Source: Octopus sinensis
Taxonomy: Eukaryota
DNA length: 64,000 nt
Assembly: GCF_006345805.1 (NCBI RefSeq)
Contig: NC_043017.1
Span: 25,110,001 to 25,174,000, forward strand
Reading direction: 5' to 3'
Shown: one piece after another, positions 1-14,700 of the stretch
How positions within the stretch are numbered: position 1 is the stretch's first letter
Layout: every line of letters starts with the position of its first letter
Translations under genes and position numbers: made by a program
The notes under the pieces: generated by a model
Told to the model about the DNA's origin: nothing
Databases searched by the model: none
What the model saw: only the letters and a program-made list of their open reading frames with translations

Positions 1-636
1 GTATATATATATGTGTGTGTTTGTGTGTCTGTGTTTGTCCCCCTCCCCCCAACATCACTTGACAACCGATGGTGGTTTGTTTACGTGCCCCGTAACTTAG
101 CAGTTCGGCAAAGAGAGACCAATAGAATAAGTACTAGGCCTACAAAGAATAAGTCCTGGGGGCGATTTCCTTGACTAAAGGCGGTTCTCCATCATGGCCG
201 CAGTCAAATGACTGAAACAAGTAAAAGAGTAAAGAGTAAGAGTATTCATCATTTAACATCCATTGCCCATACTAGCATGAGTTGAACGGTTTGATCAGAG
301 CTGGCAAGGTGGAAGGGGACACCAGACTCCAGTCTGATTTAGCTTGGTTTCTTCTGCTGGATGCTCTTCCTAATGCCAACCACTCCGAGAGAGTAATCGG
401 TGCTTTTACGTGCCACTGACACAGTTCCATTTGCATGACACCAGTATCTGCCACAACTACAATTTTGCTCGGCTTGACGGGTCTTCTTCCCAAGCATGAC
501 ATAATGCCAAAGGTTTTGGTCATTGCCGTCATGGGGCCCAACACTTGAGAGGAGCTTTTCATGTGCTGCTGGCATCAGGTACCTTGCCTCTTTGAGGCCC
601 AACTCTCAAAAGGTGCTTTTTTTTGTAGAAGTATTG

Positions 637-1032
637 TGGAAGTGGCTGTGTTGTAAGTAGCTTGCTTACGAACCACATGGTTCTGGGTTCAGTCCCACTG
701 CGTGGCACCTTGGGCAAGTGTCTTCTACTATAGCCTCAGGCCGACCAAAGCCTTGTGAGTGGATTTGGTAGACGGAAACTGAAAGAAGCCCATCGTATAT
801 ATGTATGTGTATGTGTATATATTTGTGTGTCTGTGTTTGTCCCCCCAACATCGCTTGACAATCGATGCTGGTGTGTTTACGTCCCTGTAACTTAGCGGTT
901 CAGCAAAACAGACCGATAGAATAAGTACTAGGCTTACAAAGAATAAGTCCTGGGGGCGATTTGCTCGACTAAAAGGTGGTGCTCCAGCATGGCCACAGTC
1001 AAATGACTGAAACAAGTAAAAGAGTAAAGAGT
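637..1032 (+). mobile_element. tRNA-derived SINE family A (central microsatellite, (GAGTAAA)n tail); further copies ~1-243, 18195-18520, 19700-20215, 40005-40410, 58600-58965, and one split at 34385-34550/37690-37910
   Basis: A-box TGGCTGTGTTG, B-box GGTTCAGTCCC, many dispersed copies on both strands. Confidence 0.85.
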
Positions 1033-1990
1033 AATTTATTGCAGATAAATTTGAACAACAAAAGCTTATATAGATCCCCCTCCCCCGGGTCATATGGGCC
1101 ACAGTTGAGAACCACTGGTCTGAATTAAAACCTTGTGATTAAATTCCATGTTAATTTATGTTTTAAACACTAATAACGATAAAGTTATTTTACTGAGTGA
1201 TAAAATTAATAGTTTATTTGAGATATGGGGTATTTGAAAGAAATAATTGTACAGGATTTCACATAAAAGTCATGTAAGTGTTGGCTTTTTGTTAAGTTAA
1301 AGGGACAAAAACATTAATAAAAAGGGTGTAGCTAAGAAAACTGCTAGTCTTTAGTAATATTTCAAATAAGGAAGGATAGTGGTAGGCAGAATTGGTAGAG
1401 CAAAAGGCTGCGAGCTGGCAGAAACGTTAGCACACTGGGCGAAATGCTTAGCAGTATTTCATCTGCCATTATGTTCTGAGTTCAAATTCTGCCGAGGTTG
1501 ACTTTGCCTTTCATCCTTTCGGGGTCGATAAGTTAAGTACCAGTTACACACTGGGGTCGTTGTAATCGATTTGATCCCTTTGTCTGTCCTTGTTTGTCTC
1601 CTCTATGTTTAGCCCCTTGTGAGCAATAAAGAAATAAAAAAATAAGAATTGGTAGAGCAAAGGGCATAATTTTAGCTTTAGCTTTAGGTCTTCTTGTACT
1701 GCTCTGAGTATTGGTTAGCTACTACTTTTGCATATCCATTCCACATAATGCTCTCTGTCTTCAGATCATCTTGAGATGTCCACAGCCAAGTGATCCTTGA
1801 CCTGCCCATTTTACGCCTACCAACAGGTGGTACCTATTGCATGACTATTTTTGAGTGCCATTGGTTGTCTAGATGGAGAGTGTGGCTAGCCAGGTAGAAT
1901 CAGTGCTCTGCTAGATTATTTTATGCGCAAATCCATTGTCTCCCGAGACAAAAAGAATGCCAACAACAATATATATATATACACACATTA

Positions 1991-2029
<39 letters not shown>

Positions 2030-2158
2030 TACACATTCATACATATAAATGTATAGATAGATATTTATACATATATATATGCATACACACACATACATAT
2101 AAATGTATAGATAGATATTTATACATATATATATATACACACACACTTAAATATGTAT

Positions 2159-2191
<33 letters not shown>

Positions 2192-2688
2192 CAAACATAT
2201 ATTTATATACATACATGAATACATACATAGATATGCATGCACGCACACACACACAACTGAATCATTCCTACAAGACTGGAATTTTCACTGCAATAATGGA
2301 AAGAAAATTCAGATTTAAGGAGAGCAAATCTGAGAGAAGATAGATAAGTGGTGGGGTGATGGGGTGGGGTGGGGGAATATAAATGAAAGAAAGACAAAGA
2401 CAAAATATTAAAAGTATCAGGAATGAATTTATTCAAAGAATATGGTTAAAATAGACACTAGTCTTTTGGAGCCATTAGATTTGGATTCTTTACACTTAGA
2501 ATAAATGCAAAAAGTGAGGAACCATTTCTGGAAGGTTATTTATCATTCTTTTATTCTCTATGCAGAAATATAACTTTTTATGAAGATTTCCCATAGAATC
2601 TTTTTTTTTTTTAAATTTCATTTTATTTTATTTTATTTTATTTTTCATAATTCTTTAAAGCTCAAAATGCTTTCTGGTTACAAATGGA

Positions 2689-2824
2689 TTATTTTCTATA
2701 AACCTTACATAGATTATGTCTTGTAATGCTTCTGGTTTTAGTTTTGAAAGCTAGAATTGTTTTCTTCGCATATTGATTAAGTTCTTCTGCAATGAAGCCA
2801 GTCTTGTCGAGCCAAAATTTATTC
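2689..2824 (-). CDS. C3: C3-like terminal exon E32: [44 protein letters not shown]
   Basis: cttttgcag| acceptor after a pyrimidine tract, phase 2, TAA at 2689-2691, terminal Cys; AATAAA motifs downstream (e.g. 2428-2433). Confidence 0.82.
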
Positions 2825-5370
2825 CTGCAAAAGTGGGGAAAAAAGAAACGGTAAAAATCAAATCAGTAGATGTGGGTGTAGGCATGTGGCTGTGTGGTTT
2901 AGAATCTCACTTTGCAACCATAAGATTTCAGGTTCAGTTTCACTGCATGGCACTTTGGATAAAATATATGAAAAGTCAGAATCAAATACTTACACTTGTT
3001 TATTGTATTTAACATATTTGTTTGACATAACCAAATATGTGTGGCCATTCTCCAGGTAGGGACAGTCACAGATTCCTCTCTGGAAAATAACCTCTCTGTT
3101 CTCAAGGTTTTGCAAGTAGCCTGCAAATAAAGAAAGGGACACATCTCAGGATATCAGATCATCGACTTAGTTTAACTTAGAACACACAAGCAATGAGGAT
3201 ACATCAAGTATAACTTGGTACATACAAACAACTTGACATATTAAAATAATGACTGAGTGTAACTTGGTACATTGAAATAATGATTGAGAGAAAACTTAAC
3301 TATTTAGTTTCGTTTTTGGATTTGGTTTGCAAGATTCTTTATATGAGTTCGTGTGTTGAAGCATATTCTGTTGTGTCTGGGGAGAGTCATTCTCTCTTAG
3401 TGCCTTATAGTCAAAACTATTGTAAAGGTTGCAACACGCAATGAAAATTTTAAGAAAATAAAAATAAGAAATAAGTGGAAATTTTACCGGTGAGTGTGTT
3501 AAATAATAAGGCACTAACAGAGAATGACTCTCCCCAGACACAACAGAATTAACTATTTAGCATTTAGATTCTTCTGTCAAATATAATGCTTATTTATTCA
3601 AATTGATTTCAATTAATCATGTATTATCTCATAGCTTTGGGATTTTGATGATGAGATTTTTTTTTATTGTCTTCCATAAACAACTTTGCCTGGATTTTGG
3701 GGGTGTCCACGCAACAATATACTAAATTAGGGATCCACAGTAGTATTTTAACCCCCCTCCCCCTGAAAAATTTTACTTTAGATGTATGCATTGCAAGAAA
3801 CGACTAGGTTTCTTTCTCCACCATTTTACATATTTTGACCCTCACGAATTAATTTGTGGAAAACAAAATAGGAATTTTTAAAGGAGTTTCTATAAAAATA
3901 GCTTTTAAACATCGAATGCAAATGAGGGTCCACCAGAATAAAATCGTAAATCAAAGAGGTCCTTAGATGAAAAAAATGGTTGAGGACCCCTAGTCTAACC
4001 CATGCCAGCATGGAAAGCAGATGCTAAATGATGATGGTGATGAATCTCAATGACACAGTATTGGCTTTGGTTGACTTCTACAGCAACCAAAATGGCTGCT
4101 TCTTACCTTACATATTACATACCTTCAACTACATTACATATATTATACTTTAACCTTTTTGCATTCAAATTATTTAATCAAATGCAACACTTCTTTCTTC
4201 CCATTGTATTGAATTAATCATGCATTATCTCACTGCTTCAAGATTTCAACGATGTGATTGTATATTTTTAGAATGACATTGTAGGGTAGGTATGAGATGT
4301 CAAATCTGGCCAGTTTGAACATAAAACATGTAGAATATTTGGACTGGATGTGGCCAGTTTAAAGGGTTAATATTCTCTAGAAAGTGACTGGCCTATGTAG
4401 TCCACACACCCTGAGCTTTGCCACCAACTATTCTGCCTTCCCTGTCTCACTCCATTTGCCTATCTTTTTTAAAATTGTTATCTTTAATTAACTCTTTAGT
4501 ATTCAGATTATTCTGCCAAATGTAATGTTTTGTTTATTTATATTGTTTTAAATTAATCATGCTTTATCTTGAGCTGTCGACGATGTGATTGCTTAGTTTT
4601 AGAATGACATTGTAGGGATGAGGTGAGAGGTCAGATCTGGTCAGTTTCACTATAAAACAGGTTAAGTATTTTGGTCTCACGAGGTCAGTTTGAATGCTGA
4701 AGGTTTAATCACCAAATCCATCCTGTAACCTTCGTACTACATAACAAATCCACTTGAAATATCTAGCCTATTAAATCAAGCCTCCTCTATCCTTGTCAAG
4801 GTTTACAGACCAGCAAAACACATTAAAACGTGTGAGACATTTTGCTAAGAAGGGTTTTGACTCCTTGTGTCTCTTCTTACCTGCTAACAGGGATACAACT
4901 CTACCACGTGCCATTCCTTCTGGGTCAAATGGTTGCGTTGCATTCACCACCATTACTGAATGAAAGACAGGAGTAAAAATAAGATTAGAACAAGTTTAAA
5001 ATAGGACTGAAATTGGTTAACAATACTATTAAAAAGAGGACTGAAAATATGATAAAAATATTCTTAACAGAATTAAAAATATGATTATAACTATATTTAA
5101 ACTAGGACATTTGATTAAAATACTAATATGGTGTATATACTCTTTACTCTTTTGTTTCAGTCATTTGACTGTGGCCATGCTGGAGCACCGCTTTTAATCG
5201 AGCAAATCGACCCCAGGACTTATTCTTTGGATGCCTAGTACTTACTCTATCGGTCTCTTTTGCCGAACCGCTAAGTTACGGGGACGTAAACACACCACCA
5301 TCGGTTATCAAGCGATGTTGGGGGACAAACACAGACACACAAACATATACACACACATACATACATATAT

Positions 5371-5417
<47 letters not shown>

Positions 5418-6018
5418 TACATACATATATACAACGGGCTTCTTTCAGTTTCCGTCTACCAAATCCACTCACAAGGCTTTGGTCAGCCCGAGGCTATAGT
5501 AGAAGACACTTGCCCAAGGTGCCACGCAGTAGGACTAAACCCAGAACCATGTGGTTCGTAAGCAAGCTACTTACCGCACAGCCACTCCTACGCCTATGGG
5601 AATTTTATAAACTTTCAAGAGAAAGTGAAATAATTCTGTTTTTAATAGTATATCTCAAAAACACATGCACAAAGCAATAAACGGTTGCATGTAGATACTT
5701 CAACCCAGTGTTTATATGCTAATGTTTATAGCTTTATGTGTGTGCTTCGAGATACACTATTCCAAGAAGGAACTAATACTCTCTTTCTCTCTTTTACTCT
5801 TTTACTTGTTTCAGTCATGTGACTGTGGCCATGCTGGAGCACCGCCTTTAGTCGATCGAATCGACCCCAGGACTTATTCTTTGTAAGCCTAGTACTTATT
5901 TTATCGGTCTCTTTTTGCCGAACCGCTAAGTTACGGGGACGTAAACACACCAGCATCTGTTGTCAAGCGATGTTGTGGGGACAAACACGGACACATAAAC
6001 ATGCACATACACACATAT

Positions 6019-6051
<33 letters not shown>

Positions 6052-8137
6052 GCATACATACATATATACACACACATACATACATATATACAACGGGCTT
6101 CTTTCAGTTTCCGTCTACCAAATCCACTCACAAGGCTTTGGTCGGCCCAAGGCTATAGTAGAAGACACTTGCCCAAGGTGCACGCAGTAGGACTAAACCC
6201 AGAACCATGTGGTTCGTAAGCAAGCTACTTACCGCACAGCCACTCCTACGCCTATGGGAATTTTATAAACTTTCAAGAGAAAGTGAAATAATTCTGTTTT
6301 TAATAGTATATCTCAAAAACACATGCACAAAGCAATAAACGGTTGCATGTAGATACTTCAACCCAGTGTTTATATGCTAATGTTTATAGCTTTATGTGTG
6401 TGCTTCGAGATACACTATTCAAGAAGGAACTAATACTCTCTTTCTCTCTTTTACTCTTTTACTTGTTTCAGTCATGTGACTGTGGCCATGCTGGAGCACC
6501 GCCTTTAGTCGATCGAATCGACCCCAGGACTTATTCTTTGTAAGCCTAGTACTTATTTTATCGGTCTCTTTTTGCCGAACCGCTAAGTTACGGGGACGTA
6601 AACACACCAGCATCTGTTGTCAAGCGATGTTGTGGGGACAAACACGGACACATAAACATGCACATACACACATATATATATATATATATACATATATACG
6701 ACAGGCCTCTTTCTGTTTCTGTCTACCAAATCCACTCACAAGGCTTTGGTCGGCCCAAGGCTATAGTAGAAGACACTTACCCAAGGTGCCACGCAGTGGA
6801 ACTGAACCCGGAACCATGTGGTTCGTAATATGTCATTTGCATAATAAAGATTGTAAAATAGTTTATAAATGGTGAACTCCAAGTACATAAAGCTATAAAT
6901 AATAGTGTGTGAAATTTTTGGTAACAGTGCATGACTCAGTGATCAGAGCATTGAGCCTCTTGAGTTCATGAGTTCAATTCCTGAACCAAGCCGTGTGTTG
7001 TGTTCTTGAATAAAACTCTTTATTTTCACATTGTTCCAGTTCATCCATCTGTAGAAATGAGTTGCAGCATCACTGGTGCCAAGCTGTATCAGCCTTTTCC
7101 CTTGGATAACATCAGTGGCATGGAGAGTGGAGGGTGGTATGCATGGGCGACTGCTGGTCTACCATAAACAACCTTACCTGGACTTGTGCCTCAGAGGGGA
7201 ACTTTCTAGGTGCAATCCCATGGTCATTCATGACCGAAGGGGGTATTTACTTTTACTTTACCAGGTTAAAACCCCTTTTGGACAGAAAAAGTAAACTTAA
7301 TTAAAAATACAATTAAAATATAAGATAAAGAATCTGATAAGAATGTTCCTAAAAATATGATTATCACCATATCTAAAATTGGATATTTGATTAAAATATT
7401 GGTTTTAAATTTTAGTACAAGGCCAGTAATTTTAGGGGAGGGGGTAGGTCGATTACATCACCCCACCCCTGCTCAATTAGTACTTATTTTATTAACCCCA
7501 CCAGGGCAAAAGGCAGGGTCAACCGTGGCAGGATTTGAACTCAAAATGAAGAGTCGGATGAAATACTGCTAAGCCATCTGTATTTGATTAAAATATTAGT
7601 AATATGAATAAAATATGATGAAACTGGTTAAAAATTAGATTAAAAATAGGGCTGTAATATAATTAAAATGTAAGATTAAAAATCTGATAAGAATATTCTT
7701 TGAAATATGATTATAATTTAAAAAGGATTTCAAAAAATAATTAAAAATTAGGATTAAAGATATGTTTAGGATATTCAAGATTTAATTAAAATATTAAAAA
7801 ACACAATTAAAAATATGATTACAAACATGATTATAATACAGTTAGCCTAGGGTTTTACATAGTAGATTGGTTTTGTGAGGTATTTCGCAAATCAATATAA
7901 TATAAAATGAAGGAGATAGGCTTTTTTTAGTGATATTATTTCATATACAAAAGGACCTAAGTAAAATTTAAACAATTATCTATTAAAACTGGGAAAATAA
8001 ATTCAATTATCATGTATATATGTGTGTGTGTGAATACATATAAACACATATGTATATTATGGATATACATATATATTTACATATATGTGTGTGTGTATAT
8101 ATATATATGTCTATGTGTGTGTATATATTTATATGTC

Positions 8138-8170
<33 letters not shown>

Positions 8171-11100
8171 GTCTGTAATATATACATATAGTTGTGGAGG
8201 CGCAATAACCCCGTGGTCAGGGTAGCGGACTCGTGGTTGTAGGATCATAGTTTCGATTCCCAGACCGGGCGTTGTGAGTGTTTATTGAGTGAAAACACCT
8301 AAAGCTACATGAGGCTCGACAGGGGGTGGTGGCGAACCCTTCTGTACTCTTTTACCACAACTTCCTCTCACTCTTTCTTCCTGTTTCTGTTGTACCTGTA
8401 TTTCAAAGAGCCAGCCTTGTCACATACTGTGTCACGCTGAATCTCCCTGAGAACTACATTAAGGGTACACGTGTCTGTGGAGTGCTCAGCCACTTGCATG
8501 TTAATTTCACAAGCACATGTATGTATGTATGTATGTATGTATGTATGTATGTACGTGTGTATGTATGTAGACACACATACATACATCTTTTGCTAGTTTC
8601 AGTTACTAGACTGTGGCCATGCTGGGGCACTGCCTTGAAAGGTTTTGCTGAATGACTAATTTATGGGGATGTAAACAAACTAACACTGGATGTTTAGTTT
8701 TGGATGAGTGACAGACACAAATGCAAGGACACAACACACACACACACACATACACATGCACATATATATGTACACACACATGTATGCTGGGCTACCATGC
8801 AGTTTCCATCTACCAAATTATGTCACAAGGCATTGGTCAGCCTGGGGTCAGCTTAGGGTCGGTCAGTTTGGGAAACATTACAGAACAGATACTAAGTGAG
8901 CTCAGTAAGTCAGGTCTGAGATCCAGTTTAAAATTCTAGTTTCAGCTAATGTTTTTAGCAAAACCTGTTGGATGGATTTTTTGGAAAAGCAGAGAACCTT
9001 AAAGGATGTGTGTAGAATAATTTTGGATGAATAAGAGGAGATATGGGGAATGATTTGGGAGGAGGAAGATGGGGGGTGGTGTGAAATAAATAAAGGAATT
9101 AAATATTTACCAATTTGGTCCTTAATGCAAGCTTTTTTCTCTAAAAGATTCATGTTGATGCTCATCAACAGGCTTCGGTCCTCATAACATGTGATACATT
9201 CCCCTGCGGAAGAAACAAAAAAATATTGCAAAATATTTCTGCGAGGAATGAAACTCTTCATGTTTATAGTGCTCCCTTATTTATTTATTTATTTATTTAT
9301 TTATTTTGTGTCTGAGAATACTTGCCCAGCTGAGTAAAGTCGACAGCAACAACAAAAAGAGCTAAAATACTGGCACTGGCATTTGTTGGTTAGGACGACA
9401 AGGGTTCCAGTTGATCCAATCAATGGAACAGCCTCCTTGTGAAATGAACATGTAAGTGGCTGAGCGCTCCACAGACACGTATAGCCTATACACAGTTCTC
9501 AGGGAAATTCAGTGTAACACAGAATGTGACAAGGCTGGGCACTTTGATGATACAGAATGTGACAAAGGTGGGCCCTTTGAAGATACAGAATGTGATAAGG
9601 CTGGGCCCTTTGATGACGCAGAATGTGATAAGGCTGGACCCTTTGATGACACAGTTGGGTCCTTTGATGACACAGGATGTGACAAGGCTGGGCCCTTTGA
9701 TGACACAGAATGTGACATGGTTGGGCCCTTTGATGACACAAGATGTGACAAGGCTGGGCCCTTCAATGACACAGAATGCGACAAGGCTGGGCCCTTTGAT
9801 GACACAGTATGTGATAAGGCTGGGCCCTTTGATGACACAGAATGTGATAAGGTTGGACCCGTTGATGACACAATGTGACATGGTTGGGTCCTTTGATGAC
9901 ACAATGTGACAAGTCTGGGCCCTTCGATGACACCGAATGTGACAAGGCTGGGCCTTTTGATGACACAGGATGCAACAAGGCTGGGCCCTTCGATGACACA
10001 GGATGTGACAAGGCTGGACCCTTCGATGACACAGAATGTGACAAGGCTGGGCCCTTCGATGACACAGAATGTGACAAGGCTGGGCCCTTTGAATTACATG
10101 TACAGCTCATTTTTCCCAGCTGAGTGGACTGGAGCAACATGAAATAAAGTGTCTTGCTCAAGGACACAATGCAGTGCTTGGAATTGAACACACAACCTTA
10201 CAATCATGGGATGAATACCCTAACCACTAAGCCAAATGCCTTCATAACAACAACGACAGCAGCAGCAGCAACAACAGCAACCACAATACCACCATCAGCA
10301 GCAGCAACAACAACAACAAGCGTATTATGAATTGATACAAAGCAATATGTCAAAGAAAGTCTACATACTCTGGGTACATTTGCACACTGTTCTTTCTTCA
10401 TCACAGAGAAGATTTACCAATTCCTTTTTAGTTGATAATTGGTAGAATTTAGTACAGCTCACACCTGAGGGGAAAATGATAAAAATATAAATAAAAATTT
10501 TTTAAATATTAAAAATGAAACAAAAGAAAATTCAGCATTATATCATTATATCGTTATGATAAGGTGGGGTTCTGGCAGAATTGTTAGCGCACTGGGTGAA
10601 ATGCTTAGCAGTATTTTGCATATCACTATGTTCTGAGTTCAAAATTCCACCGAGATCGCCTTTGCCTTTCATCGGGGTCGATAAATTAAGTACCAGTGAA
10701 ACACTGGAGTCGATGTAGTTGACTAGTGCCCTCCCCCAAATGTCACCCTTGTGCCTATAGTAGAAAGGATTATTATTATTATTATTATTATTATTATAAT
10801 AATAATAATATGAAGGTGGCAAGCTGGCAGAATCACTAGCACGCTGGACAAAAATACTTAGCGCTATTTTGCCAATCGCTACATTCTGAGTTCAAATTCT
10901 GCCGAGGTTGACTTGGCCTTTCATCCTTTCGGGGTTGATTAAATAAGTACCGGTGAAACACTGGGGACGATGTAATTGACTTAATCTCTTTCATCCCTGC
11001 TGCCCTTGTGGCAAAAATTTGAAATCATTATATCATTATAATCAACATTAAAATTGATATTTAGTGTTTTGTGTTATGCAAAGAGATGCCAATAGTAAAG

Positions 11101-11344
11101 TGGATCTAACGGACATGGCTGTGTGGTCAAGAAGCTTGTTTTCCTACCATGCAGTTTTGGGTTCAGTCCCACTTGTGACACCTTAGGAAAGTGTTTTCTC
11201 CTATAGCCTTTGGCCTTGTGAATGGATTTGGTCAATGGAAACTGAAAGAAGCCTTACAGTAATGTGTGTGTGTGTATATATATATATATATGTATGTATG
11301 TATGTATGCATATGTATACACACACACATATATACATACATATA

Positions 11345-11414
<70 letters not shown>

Positions 11415-11712
11415 TACAAAAAATTCAGGGTGAATACTTGATAACTGTAAGCACCTGTATATGCCAATTAGGGGTGTAGGTGATAGGGTATATTTATCAA
11501 AAGAAAAACAGGATGCAAAGGATTTAGCGGTACATATGTTTCTGGCTTTATTGGACAGTTTATATCAATGCATAATTGATGTAACATGTATGTCAATAGC
11601 CTGAAGATATTGAAATACATGTTACATCAATTATGCATTGATATAAACTGTCCAATAAAGCCAGAAACATATGTACCGCTAAATCCTTTGCATCCTGTTT
11701 TTCTTTTGATAA

Positions 11713-11749
<37 letters not shown>

Positions 11750-14700
11750 ATATACATACATATACATACTCACACACATATATACATACACACACATCCA
11801 GTAAACTCTGTAGAGTGGTTGGCATTAGGAAGGGCATCCAGCTGTAGAAAACAGGCCAAATCAGATTGGAGCCTGGTGCAGCCTCAGCTGGCTTGCCAGC
11901 TCTGGACCTCTAGAAATGTCGTTATAGCAAATATTCTGCTCTATACCATAGATCTGTTTGTCAGTTGCATGACCATAACCAGTTAAGTATGTCCTTTAGT
12001 GGCTGACAATTTGTGCATCTCTGATCATGAGCAGGAGTTGTGGGGGAGCATCACAGCCATGAGTTGAAAGGGATTCTTAGGGGTTTGAATAAATGTAACA
12101 AAAGCAATGTTTGAAGGTAATATTAGTCATTTTTCATACTTTCTAGGGGTAAGCACATAGGAAATAACAATTGCTACCCAAGGACTAAAGCTGAAGATCA
12201 AATAAATTGTTTGTGTTAATTGGCAAAAGAAAAACAAATGAGAAAATGACCATCCCCACATATAACGATAATAATAAAAGGATAAAAGAAATGCAAAAAA
12301 ATATTCTCACTCTTTCTGTAGTAGGCGTAGACATGGATTGGAGCCGGCATTAAGTGGTTGTATATGGTTACAGAACGGAAGAGTAGGAGATTGATTTTCA
12401 AATTTCTGTAATAGGGTACCTGGAACAAAACCAGAACACATGAGCCTCATGTCATTAACATCATCATCATCACCATGATCATCATACTCATCATCACCAC
12501 CACCACCATCATCATCATCATCACCACCACCATCATCATCACCACCACCACCACCACCACCATCATCATCACCACCACCACCATCATCATCACCATCACC
12601 ATCCTCATCACCATCCTCCTCCTCCTCCTCATCATCATCATCACCACCCTCATCACCATCATCACCATCACCACCACCACCACCACCACCACCTTCATCA
12701 TCATTACCATCACCATCCTCATCACCATCATCACCATTCCCATCCTCATCATCACCATCACCATCATCATCATCATCTGCATTGTTATGGTCAATGTTGT
12801 CATCAATGTCGTGAAGGCGCGTGGCTCAGTGGTTAGAGCGTTGAGCTTAAGATTGTGAAGTTGTGAGCTCGAATCCCAAACCGGGCTGTGTGTTGTGTTC
12901 TTGAGCAAGACACTTTATTTCACATTGCTCCAGTTCACTCAGCTGTAGAAATGAGTTGCAATATCACAGGTGCCAAGCTGTATCGGCCTTTGCCTTTCCC
13001 TTGGATAACACTGGTGGTCTTCCATAAACAACCTTGCCCGGACTTGTGCCTGGGAAGGTAACTTTCTAGGTGCAATCCCACGGTCAGTCATGACCGAAGG
13101 GGGTCTCAATAATGATGATGATTATGATCTTGATAGCACAAAGAAAGAAGTGGAAAGAAATTAAAAACAAGAAACAACAAAAAAAAACGTTTGTTCAAGA
13201 AATATACCAAAAATATTTACCGTATTGAAATATAATATGAGCCGAGAGCTTTCATGTTTGTCATACTTGGTAATAACTTTGTCGTAGACCAGCTATAAAG
13301 AAAAAAATTCATAAGTAACATTTAAAATTGTTAAAAAATATCATACATTTATTCGTTTCAAATTTTGGCACAAGGCCAGCAATTTCATATAGGGAGTAAG
13401 TCCAAAACATCAACCTAAGTGCACAAGTAATATTTTATTTTTTTGACCCCTAAAGGATGAAAGGCAAAGTTGACCTACGCAGAATTTGAGCTCAGAACAT
13501 AAAGATGAACAAGATGCCACTAAACATTTTGTCCAGAATATGAATGATTCTGCTGGCTCAACTCTTCAAGAAAATTCGAAAGCTTCTCACAGGACTCAAG
13601 CCTATTTTTCTTGCAGACAAGACAGGTGTTCTGGTATTGAAATATCATACATATATTAAACCTTTTGCCTCCATGTATCTGTTGAAATTCACTGCCTTTG
13701 TCTTAATTAATTTTGGAAATAATGAAGAAATAATTTTGTCATTCTTAACCCTTTCGATACCAACCTGGCTGAAACCACCTGTGGCTCTGTAGTACAAATG
13801 TCTTGTTTCCATAAGTTTTGTATTAAAATCTTCCACCGAACCTTAGTCACAATTTATGTTCCTAACACTAGCTTAATGATAACTAAGTTAATTTACTAAA
13901 TTCTTTGTTATATTTAAAATTAATTGAAAGAAACACAGAGCATCTCAAAATAAATACGGGAACAAAAGGAAATATTTGACATAGATCAACAGGAAATATT
14001 TATGGTAGGTTTTAACTAAGATTCTCTTTGACATTTGTTGCTGTGTTTCTGTTGAATTACATGACCTTTGGGGGTTTTTATGTTCAGTTTTGAAAACAAT
14101 GATGAATCCAGTAAAATAGATTTGCCATTATTAAGCTGGCAGAATCATTAGCACACCGGGGGTGGGGGAAATGCTTAGCCCCTGTCTTTATGGTCTGAAA
14201 TCAAATTCCACCGAGTTAGTCTTCACTCACCTCGCTCACTTGCTCCCTCCCTCCCTCCCTCCCTCGCTTGCTTGCTTCCTCCCTCCTTCCCTTCTTCGTG
14301 TCCTTCCGCACTCACTTGCTTACTCCCTCGTTAGTACACTTCCTCCTCATCTCACTTGCTGTCTCCCTCCCTCTCTTGCTCGCTTGCTTCCATCCTCACT
14401 CACTCGCTTCCACCTTCGCTCGCTTCCACCCTTGGTCACTCGCTTCCACCCTTGCTCACTCGCTTCCACCCTTGGTCACTCACTTCCACTCTTGCTCACT
14501 CGCTTCCACCCTTGGTCACTCGCTTCCACCCTTGCTCACTCGCTTCCACCCTTGCTCGCTCGCTTCCACCCTTGCTCACTCGCTTCCACCCTTGGTCACT
14601 CGCTTCCACCCTTGGTCACTCGCTTCCACCCTTGGTCACTCGCTTCCACCCTTGGTCACTCGCTTCCACCCTTGGTCACTCGCTTCCACCCTTGGTCACT

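Noticed and set aside
1936-2343. Tyr/Ile/His/Thr-rich ORFs here and at 11201, 49330, 60360, 61588, 63695
   Set aside because: Translations of simple microsatellites
9456-10191. Repetitive [11 protein letters not shown] protein
   Set aside because: SINE-internal minisatellite with frame breaks and no splice or start context
12815-12890. tRNA genes at SINE heads (also 29275, 39430, 51820, 55795)
   Set aside because: A/B boxes present but no complete cloverleaf, and they continue into SINE bodies
13645-13740. Candidate exon [20 protein letters not shown]
   Set aside because: No good acceptor; 13221-13292 fits phase and motif better
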